From: an uncultured Clostridia bacterium
GTDB lineage: Bacteria > Bacillota > Clostridia > Christensenellales > UBA1242
NCBI GenBank assembly: GCA_947588355.1
Contig: CANPYI010000001.1
Location: 13,771-77,770 of the forward strand
Reading direction: 5' to 3'
DNA length: 64,000 nucleotides
Within the stretch, counting starts at the first letter, position 1; each line of letters begins with the position of its first letter. A model generated the notes under the pieces. That model made no database searches. It had not been told where the DNA came from and worked only from the letters and a program-made list of their open reading frames with translations. Shown one piece after another: positions 27,997-34,869 of this stretch. Made by a program: the position numbers and the translations under genes.

Positions 27997-28250
27997 AAAA
28001 CTTTTTTAAAAAAATTCGTTCGTACAGTTTTTGGGTAAGTCTTTCATCTGCCGTGATTATTCTTTTGAACGCACTTGGAAAGGCCTTTGGGTTTTCGATA
28101 CAAAATCAAGTAGTGGAGGATTGTATCATGGCAGTTGCTGGAGTTTTGGTTGTGCTTGGAATTGTGAGTATGAACAAGAAAGAATCCGACAAAAGCAATC
28201 AAGAAGATGTGCCAAATGAGGAAGAGAAAAAAGACAATCCAAATAAATAA
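27993..28250 (+). CDS. Phage holin (phi-LC3 / Phage_holin_1-like)
   Basis: SYSFWVSLSSAVIILLNALGKAFGF...AVAGVLVVLGIVS gives two TM segments with a charged tail. ATGA overlap with the bhlA-like gene. Confidence 0.65.
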   Translation: MKNFFKKIRSYSFWVSLSSAVIILLNALGKAFGFSIQNQVVEDCIMAVAGVLVVLGIVSMNKKESDKSNQEDVPNEEEKKDNPNK

Positions 28251-28285
28251 AAATACTAAAAAATGCATAAATATACACAATATAA

Positions 28286-28321
28286 TAGAACCGTGAAAAT
28301 TTTTGCGGTTCTATTTTTTTA
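28286..28321 (+). terminator. Rho-independent terminator closing the phage-like operon
   Basis: TAGAACCG-12 nt-CGGTTCTA followed by a T8 run. Confidence 0.7.
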
Positions 28322-28418
28322 TTGTTTTTTGAGTGATTGTCTTGAAAGTTGAGAAAAAATCAATATTTTTAGTTGAAATTTGATTTGTTTTATGTTATGA
28401 TAGTTATATGGAGGAAAT

Positions 28419-28766
28419 ATGAAAAAAGTTTTATACACAATTTTGTCTGTGCTTTCAATAATCTACATAGCCTTTTTGATAGTTCATGTTGTTGAAGCAA
28501 ACACAGATTGGGCGCCAGATATGGGTTGGTTCAGGCAATGGTTTGATATCATTGTAAATTTTGGTGGAGTGGCAATTATATTTGCATTTGCACTCGTCAA
28601 TTTTGCTGGAAGTCCGCTGAAAACTGTTTTCTTTATTTTGCTTATATTGGCGATTGTATGTTATATAATTGTTATGATTGTGCCAGACTTCTTTTATGAC
28701 ATTTTCAGCAAAAAAGAGCCTGTTGAAGGCGCAATTTACGTTGCAAAAACAATTATGAGATTGTAA
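28419..28766 (+). CDS. Small membrane protein (115 aa, 3 TM segments)
   Basis: RBS GGAGGAAAT precedes the ATG. Hydrophobic segments throughout. Confidence 0.5.
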   Translation: MKKVLYTILSVLSIIYIAFLIVHVVEANTDWAPDMGWFRQWFDIIVNFGGVAIIFAFALVNFAGSPLKTVFFILLILAIVCYIIVMIVPDFFYDIFSKKEPVEGAIYVAKTIMRL

Positions 28767-28798
28767 AAATTTTGTGATCAACTTGTTGCGGTGAGTTT

Positions 28799-31300
28799 GT
28801 GGAAAAATTTGTTATCATTGATGGCAATAGTCTGGCAAATAGGGCGTTTTATGCGATGCCCTATTTATCTAATCGCAACAAACAACCATCGGGGGCTGTT
28901 TTTGGCTTTGCCAATCTTTTGATGAAACTTATTTCGGAGCAAAAGCCGACCTATCTTGCTGTGGCTTTTGACCACGCACGAAAAACATTTCGCAATGACA
29001 TTTTTTATGCCTACAAAGCAAAACGAAAAGAAACGCCACCTGACCTTTTGGCTCAATTTCCTGTTATAAAACAGATGTTGCAAATTATGGGAATAAAAAC
29101 GTTTGAAATTGCAGGAATTGAAGCAGACGATATTATTGGCACATTGGCAAAAAATTCAGGCACACAAAATATTCTTGTTTCAGGGGACCGAGATTTGTTG
29201 CAATTGATTGACAGTCACACGAATGTTTGGCTGACAAAAAAAGGCGTGACTGACATTGAAAAATATGACACACAAGCCCTTTTTGAAAAATTTGGTTTGG
29301 CACCTGAGGGGATAATTGAACTGAAGAGTCTTATGGGCGACCAAAGTGATAATATCCCCGGTGTTGCGGGTGTGGGTGAGAAAACTGCATTGACACTTTT
29401 GCATCAATATGGTGATCTTGACGGTGTGTATCAAAATATCGAAAATATTTCTGGAAAACTTAAGGAAAAATTGCTTGAGGGTCGTGAAAATGCTTTTATG
29501 TCGCGCACTCTTGCCACAATCAAAACTGATTGTCAGTTTGAGTGGTCGTTGGAAGACTGCAAATTTGTTTTTCCTTTGTCACAAAGTTCGCGAGATTTTT
29601 TTGAAGAATGGGATTTTAGAAGCCTTGTTGCAAGAAAAGATTTGTTTGCTGAGGGTGTTCGAGCAAAGACAACACAAGTAAAACGGACTTGTCTTGAAAG
29701 TCTTGCACAGGTTGAAACTATGGCAAAGATGGTTGGAAATTACTTTTGTTATGACTTAACCAATTTGGAATTTTCAACCACATGTGATGAAGTGTTTTAT
29801 ATAAAAAAGGAAATCGATTTTTTTTCGAATACTATTGATGTTGACGAAGCACTCAAAATTTTAAAGCCGGTTTTTGAAGATGAGAGAGTTGAAAAGATAA
29901 CAAATTCTTCCAAAAGTGATATAAAACATCTTAAATATTTAAACATTAAACTTAACAATTTTTTTGATATCGAAATTGCAAGATATGTTTTGTTTGCCGG
30001 TCTGCCGAAATTGGCACCAGCCAGCGTGCAAGACTTCATAGGAATAAAAAATGAATTAGAAGAAAAGATGTCAACTCAACAAGTTTCTTCAATATACAAA
30101 AATCTTGAAATCCCACTCGTCACTGTGCTTGCTGACATGGAAAATGAGGGCTTTAGGCTTGATGAGGAAGTTTTGAATGAACTTGAGGAAAAATTTGCTA
30201 GCCAACTTATGCAACTCACCTCACAAATTTACAGTCTTGCAGGGGAGGAATTCAATATAAACTCTCCAAAGCAGGTTGCCACCATTTTGTTTGATAAAAT
30301 GGGCTTGAAGAGTTTTAACAACAAAAAACAATCAACCAATTTTGCTGTACTTGATGATATTCGTTGGCAACACGAAATAGTTGAACTTATTATTTCCTAT
30401 CGAAAAGTGAGCAAAATTGTCAGCACCTATATCAATGTGTATAAAAAAATATGTCAGACAAGCGGAGCGGTTGTTCACACAACGTTAAATCAAACACTTA
30501 CTTCAACGGGCAGATTGTCAAGCAGTGAGCCAAATATGCAAAACATTCCAACTCGAGATGAAGAGGGGCGTGTTTTGCGCAAGATTTTTATTTCAAAATA
30601 TCCCGACGGAAAGATTATTTCGGCGGATTATAACCAAATTGAATTGAGGCTGCTTGCCAATCTTGCACAAGAAGACAGCATGATTGATGCCTATCGTCAC
30701 GGGGTGGACATACACACCAAAACGGCAAGTGAAATTTTTGACGTGCCTGTTGAAAAGGTCACTTCTTCTCAGCGTCGCGATGCCAAAGCGGTCAATTTTG
30801 GCATCATATATGGCATAAGTGATTTTGGACTGTCTCAAAACATAAAAACATCTCGTGTGAATGCAAAAAAGTATATAGACAACTACTTTTCACGCTATCC
30901 AAAAATAAAAACTTTTATGGACAAAAACATAAATTTTGCCAAAGAAAATGGCTTTGTTAGGTCTTATTTTGGCCGAATTAGACATATTCCTGAAATGAAT
31001 TCTTCAAATTATCAAGTACGAAAATTTGGTGAACGTGTTGCAATGAATATGCCTTTGCAAGGCACTGCGAGCGATATAATAAAAATGGCAATGATTGATG
31101 TTTACAAAAAATTGCAGCAAAACAACCTGAAAAGTCACATAATCCTTCAAATACATGACGAACTTATTGTCGATTCTCCTGCCGAAGAGGTTGACAAGGT
31201 TAAACAAATTCTCAAAGATTGTATGGAAAATGTTTGTGATTTTCCGTTGCCGCTTATAGTTTCTGTAGGAGAAGGCAAAAATCTGTTTGAGTGCAAATAA
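28799..31300 (+). CDS. polA: DNA polymerase I
   Basis: GTG start. 5' nuclease domain (DGNSLANRAFYA, GDRDLLQL), polymerase motif A (DYNQIELRLLA) and motif C (QIHDELIV). Confidence 0.9.
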   Translation: MEKFVIIDGNSLANRAFYAMPYLSNRNKQPSGAVFGFANLLMKLISEQKPTYLAVAFDHARKTFRNDIFYAYKAKRKETPPDLLAQFPVIKQMLQIMGIKTFEIAGIEADDIIGTLAKNSGTQNILVSGDRDLLQLIDSHTNVWLTKKGVTDIEKYDTQALFEKFGLAPEGIIELKSLMGDQSDNIPGVAGVGEKTALTLLHQYGDLDGVYQNIENISGKLKEKLLEGRENAFMSRTLATIKTDCQFEWSLEDCKFVFPLSQSSRDFFEEWDFRSLVARKDLFAEGVRAKTTQVKRTCLESLAQVETMAKMVGNYFCYDLTNLEFSTTCDEVFYIKKEIDFFSNTIDVDEALKILKPVFEDERVEKITNSSKSDIKHLKYLNIKLNNFFDIEIARYVLFAGLPKLAPASVQDFIGIKNELEEKMSTQQVSSIYKNLEIPLVTVLADMENEGFRLDEEVLNELEEKFASQLMQLTSQIYSLAGEEFNINSPKQVATILFDKMGLKSFNNKKQSTNFAVLDDIRWQHEIVELIISYRKVSKIVSTYINVYKKICQTSGAVVHTTLNQTLTSTGRLSSSEPNMQNIPTRDEEGRVLRKIFISKYPDGKIISADYNQIELRLLANLAQEDSMIDAYRHGVDIHTKTASEIFDVPVEKVTSSQRRDAKAVNFGIIYGISDFGLSQNIKTSRVNAKKYIDNYFSRYPKIKTFMDKNINFAKENGFVRSYFGRIRHIPEMNSSNYQVRKFGERVAMNMPLQGTASDIIKMAMIDVYKKLQQNNLKSHIILQIHDELIVDSPAEEVDKVKQILKDCMENVCDFPLPLIVSVGEGKNLFECK

Positions 31301-31379
31301 AAATTTTTAAGAAAATTTACTTTTTTTGTAAAATGTTTGACTATTTTAAAGTATTTAGATAAAATAATTATGGTGAGAA

Positions 31380-31802
31380 ATGCAGAACAATAGAAAAATG
31401 GGCTTGGATTTTGGCAAGGCGAGAATTGGTGTGGCGTTTTCGGACATCTCTGGCACAATTTCAAGCGCTGACCATATTTACAAGTCACAAAGTGAGGAAA
31501 AGGACTTACAATATTTTGCCAATTTGATATCTGAAAAATCGGTTACACTTACTGTTTTGGGCTTGCCACTCAATGCAGATGGGACAGAAAGTGAAATGTC
31601 GATGCAAGTCAGACAATTTGGTGACAAACTCTTCAAATTGTCCGGAGTTGAAGTTGTCTATCAAGACGAAAGATACACTTCTTTTGAGGCAGAAGAAATT
31701 TTGAAAGAAGCGCATATCAAATGGGAAAAACGTAAAGAGATTTTGGATAAAGTTTCTGCACAAATCATTTTGCAAAATTATCTTGATGAGCATCAAAAAT
31801 AA
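31380..31802 (+). CDS. ruvX: Putative pre-16S rRNA nuclease / Holliday junction resolvase-like YqgF
   Basis: MGLDFGKARIGVAFSD N terminus, GLPLNADGTES, DERYTSFEAEE. Confidence 0.85.
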   Translation: MQNNRKMGLDFGKARIGVAFSDISGTISSADHIYKSQSEEKDLQYFANLISEKSVTLTVLGLPLNADGTESEMSMQVRQFGDKLFKLSGVEVVYQDERYTSFEAEEILKEAHIKWEKRKEILDKVSAQIILQNYLDEHQK

Positions 31803-31813
31803 AGGAGATTATT

Positions 31814-32212
31814 ATGGATAAGAAAAAAGTACAAAAAATTGAGGAAGCATCAAAAAAAGTACAAGAGCAAGAGGAACAACTTGACATTATTGATGTGCTT
31901 TTGGACGAAAACAACAAAGCACCAATTGTTTTGGTTGACGGAAATGGCAGAAAATTGTCATTTGAGCAAATTGCTGTGATTCCTCACAACGACAAACTTT
32001 ACTGTGTTTTGAAGCCTATTGACAAAATCGAAGGGGTTGCTGATGATGAGGCAATTGTCTTCTTTGTTCAAGAGGAAGAAGGCAAAGCACCAGTTTTGAT
32101 GGTTGAAACTGATGAAAAAGTTGCTATGGACGTTTTTGATGAATATTACAACTTGCTTGATGAACAGAAACCAGAAAAACCAAAAGCAAAGAAAAAGCCA
32201 AGCAAAAAGTAA
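31814..32212 (+). CDS. DUF1292-family protein
   Basis: VLVDGNGRKLSFEQIAVIPHNDKLYCVLKPID...DEAIVF pattern. Conserved position after ruvX in Firmicutes. Confidence 0.7.
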   Translation: MDKKKVQKIEEASKKVQEQEEQLDIIDVLLDENNKAPIVLVDGNGRKLSFEQIAVIPHNDKLYCVLKPIDKIEGVADDEAIVFFVQEEEGKAPVLMVETDEKVAMDVFDEYYNLLDEQKPEKPKAKKKPSKK

Positions 32213-32233
32213 GATATTTTGCAAGTGTAATTT

Positions 32234-32260
32234 AGGCGAACTTTAGTTTTCGCCTTTTTT
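32234..32260 (+). terminator. Rho-independent terminator
   Basis: AGGCGAA-ctttagtt-TTCGCCT followed by TTTTT. Confidence 0.7.
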
Positions 32261-32334
32261 CGTGTATATTTTCTACCAAAATTACCAAAATATAATTACA
32301 AGGTGACTCACCTTGAATCTTAAGGAGGGAAACT

Positions 32335-32496
32335 ATGTTCGGTAGAAAGAAAGCTGTAAAGATGGAGGCTGGTGCCGAAGCAATGTCTTCAAAATCCAGT
32401 GCAAAAGCATCTTGCGGAAAATCTAAATCTTCCATGAAAGGAAGTTGCAAGGGTTGCAGCGGGAAGAAGTCTTCTTCAACAAAGGCCAGCAAATAG
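32335..32496 (+). CDS. Unannotated small ORF: 53-aa Lys/Ser/Cys-rich basic peptide
   Basis: Below the ORF-track size cutoff. AAGGAGG lies 6 nt before the ATG. Translation is MFGRKKAVKMEAGAEAMSSKSSAKASCGKSKSSMKGSCKGCSGKKSSSTKASK. Bracketed by terminators at 32234-32260 and 32511-32546. Confidence 0.5.
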   Translation: MFGRKKAVKMEAGAEAMSSKSSAKASCGKSKSSMKGSCKGCSGKKSSSTKASK

Positions 32497-32510
32497 TTGA
32501 GCCTCAAACA

Positions 32511-32546
32511 AAAAACTCGCCGTTTTGACGAGTTTTTGTTTTTTTT
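32511..32546. terminator. Bidirectional terminator (sORF on +, rluA-family gene on -)
   Basis: AAAACTCG-ccgttttga-CGAGTTTT, with a T run on the + strand and an A run (T run on the - strand) upstream. Confidence 0.65.
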
Positions 32547-33438
32547 AAGCATTTGTATCTAAGAATGTTTGCCAATCATCTGGAAAATTAACTTGCAATT
32601 CAACTGAATTCAAGGTGGGCAAATTTGTCAGTTTCACATTTTTTAAAAGAAGCATTGTGTGACAAGCATCATCATCTTTTTCACCATACAATTTGTCACC
32701 GATAAGGGGGTGACCGATAGATGAAAGATGAACTCGTATTTGATGTGTTCTGCCAGTTTTCAATTTCAGTTTTATGTGACAATAATCTTTGTAGTTTTTC
32801 ACAACCTCAACATACGTTGTTGCTTGTTTGCCGTTTTCGGAAATTTCACGCTTAATTTGATTGTAGCCATTTTCATTTTTTGTGAGAATAGGCTTGTCTA
32901 TAGTTATGTTTTTATAAATATTTCCTTTTGCTAAGGCATGATATTCTTTTTCCAATTTAACATTGTTGTACGCAATTGGATTTTTTGCAACAACAACTAT
33001 TCCTGCAGTGTCCAAATCAAGCCGATTTAAAATCCTTAGGACAAAGTTTGGATCTTTTGGCAACATATATTTGCAAATTTGACCGCCCAAATTCATATCA
33101 AAGTGAGAACGCGTTGGAGTGCAGGCAAGACCGGAAGGCTTGTTAACAATCAAAAAATCCTCATCTTCAAACAAAATTTCAAGTTTTCCGTCACAAAGTT
33201 TTGTTTTGGTGGCACAGTTTGGACTTTTCAGTATTTCCAAAACATCCGCCATGCAAAGTTTTGTTCGAGTTGTGGCGAACCTGCCGTTCACTAGGATTGA
33301 AGATGAATTTTTTCGTAAATTCTTTATGTGATTTTCAGAAATGCCTATTGACTTAAGAAAATAGTACACGTTTGTTTGCTTTAAATTCAAGAAAATCGTC
33401 TTATATTGCTGTATTTGATACTTTTGATAAATTTCCAT
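32545..33438 (-). CDS. RluA-family pseudouridine synthase
   Basis: S4-like N terminus, catalytic LNRLDLDTAGIVVVAK, KTGRTHQIRVHL. Confidence 0.85.
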   Translation of the reverse strand: MEIYQKYQIQQYKTIFLNLKQTNVYYFLKSIGISENHIKNLRKNSSSILVNGRFATTRTKLCMADVLEILKSPNCATKTKLCDGKLEILFEDEDFLIVNKPSGLACTPTRSHFDMNLGGQICKYMLPKDPNFVLRILNRLDLDTAGIVVVAKNPIAYNNVKLEKEYHALAKGNIYKNITIDKPILTKNENGYNQIKREISENGKQATTYVEVVKNYKDYCHIKLKLKTGRTHQIRVHLSSIGHPLIGDKLYGEKDDDACHTMLLLKNVKLTNLPTLNSVELQVNFPDDWQTFLDTNA

Positions 33439-33478
33439 GACAAAATGTTATCATAAAATAAAAAGTTGTGCAAATTGA

Positions 33479-33507
33479 TTGACAAAAAAAATGTTTTTGG
33501 ATATAAT
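33479..33507 (+). promoter_or_regulatory. Consensus sigma-A promoter of the pheST leader
   Basis: TTGACA, 17 nt spacer, TATAAT. Confidence 0.75.
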
Positions 33508-33514
33508 TTTGCTA

Positions 33515-33740
33515 ACGACAATGACGGAAGAACATGGTTTTGGCTGTTTCACACAGAGAGTTTGGGGTGCTGAAATCCAAATTGAAACGCAAAACGAATT
33601 CGCTTCCAACAGTTGCGATTCTGAAGATTTTTTGTGTAGGAATTGCCGTGATGCTGCGTAAATGTGTCAATGAGGTGCGTTTTGCACGAAGTTAGGTGGT
33701 ATCACGAGTTAAATCGTCCTAATGTTTGGACGATTTTTTA
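33515..33740 (+). promoter_or_regulatory. T-box riboswitch leader (Phe)
   Basis: Stem I AGAGAG...GGTGC. UUC codon at 33599-33601 in GAAUUCG. T-box sequence GTTAGGTGGTATCACGAG (33690-33707). Terminator ATCGTCC-8 nt-GGACGAT followed by T6. Confidence 0.8.
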
Positions 33741-33774
33741 GTTTGTGGCACACTGAAAGTAAAAAGGAGTGAAC

Positions 33775-34794
33775 ATGAAAATACAACTTGAAGACATCTT
33801 GAAAAATGGTGTTGCAGAAATTGAAAGTGCAGATGATTTGAAGACGCTGGACGACTTGCGCATAAAATATCTTGGAAAATCGGGCGCTTTGACAACAATT
33901 TTGCGTGGTATGAAAGATGTTGCACCAGAACAACGTCGGGAGATAGGTAGTCTTGCAAATTCTGTTCGAGAAAATATCGAAAATGCGCTTTCACAAAAAC
34001 TTGCCGACCTTGAAAATGCCAAACTTTTGGCTGACATGGAAAAAGAAAAGGTGGATATTACTGAGCCGAGCAAGGGTGTCAAGCGAGGGGCATTGCATCC
34101 TTTAACGCGATTTAATAACAAATTTATGGAAATTTGCGTAGAGATGGGCTTTACTGTCATTCAAGGGCCAGAAGTTGAAACAGATTATTACAATTTTGAG
34201 GCATTGAATGTTCCAAAAAATCACCCTGCACGTGATATGCAAGACAGTTTTTACATCACAGATAATATTTTGATGCGTACTCAGACATCAAATATGCAGA
34301 TTCGTGCTATGGAAAAAATGAAGCCGCCATTTAAAGTTGTATGCCCGGGCAGAGTTTATCGCAACGATAGTGACAGTTCACATTCTCCAATATTTAATCA
34401 ATTTGAGGCACTTGTTGTTGATGAAAACATTGGTCTGAAAGATTTGATGATGATGATTAAAGAGATTTTGAAAAGACTTTATGGTGAAAATATTAAAATA
34501 AGAGTCAGACCATCATACTTTCCTTTCACTGAGCCGTCTATCGAGATTGATGCGACTTGTCAGATGTGTCACGGAAAAGGTTGCAATTTGTGCAAGGGGA
34601 CAGGCTTTTCAGAATTTTTCGCTGCGGGAGTTGTCAATCCAAAAGTTTTGGAAATGAGTGGAATAGACAGCAAAAAATACTCTGGTTTTGCTTTTGGGCC
34701 TGGCATTGATCGAAGTGTGATGGTTACAAACAAAATTCCAAACATAAAGTATTTGTTTAAAAATGATTTAAGATTTTTGAAGCAAATGAGATGA
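33775..34794 (+). CDS. pheS: Phenylalanine--tRNA ligase alpha subunit
   Basis: HPLTRF, NHPARDMQDSFY, FRxxxDxTHSPxF-type FNQFEALVVD, GFAFGPGIDR. ATG lies 6 nt after AAGGAG. Confidence 0.9.
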   Translation: MKIQLEDILKNGVAEIESADDLKTLDDLRIKYLGKSGALTTILRGMKDVAPEQRREIGSLANSVRENIENALSQKLADLENAKLLADMEKEKVDITEPSKGVKRGALHPLTRFNNKFMEICVEMGFTVIQGPEVETDYYNFEALNVPKNHPARDMQDSFYITDNILMRTQTSNMQIRAMEKMKPPFKVVCPGRVYRNDSDSSHSPIFNQFEALVVDENIGLKDLMMMIKEILKRLYGENIKIRVRPSYFPFTEPSIEIDATCQMCHGKGCNLCKGTGFSEFFAAGVVNPKVLEMSGIDSKKYSGFAFGPGIDRSVMVTNKIPNIKYLFKNDLRFLKQMR

Positions 34795-34851
34795 TACACC
34801 AAATAATGTGTAGTATTCAGCATAATACACCAAATATTGCGGTGATATGCA
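34795..34851. repeat. Palindromic intergenic repeat, locus C (fills the pheS-pheT spacer)
   Basis: TACACCAAATAATGTGTAGTATTCAGCATAATACACCAAATATTGCGGTGATATGCA. Begins 1 nt after the pheS stop and ends 18 nt before the pheT ATG. Confidence 0.85.
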
Positions 34852-34869
34852 AAAAAAGAGGAGTTTATT

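Larger units (their letters stand above)
12314..28321 (+). mobile_element. Phage-derived gene block (regulator-like gene, terL, then terS-like through holins), interrupted by non-phage genes at 15311-21028
   Basis: Terminase, portal, scaffold, capsid-sized and holin ORFs recognised by motif. No integrase, repressor, replication, tail-tube or lysin gene recognised. Core genes on both flanks (rarA, polA). Confidence 0.6.

Noticed and set aside
32232-32552. 106-aa ORF on the - strand listed in the track
   Set aside because: It has no RBS and runs straight through two terminator hairpins. The opposite strand carries a short ORF with a perfect AAGGAGG and proper terminators, so I treat the - strand ORF as spurious.
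33479-33661. 60-aa + strand ORF upstream of pheS
   Set aside because: It lies entirely inside the T-box leader (consensus promoter, stem I, T-box sequence and terminator all present) and has no RBS.
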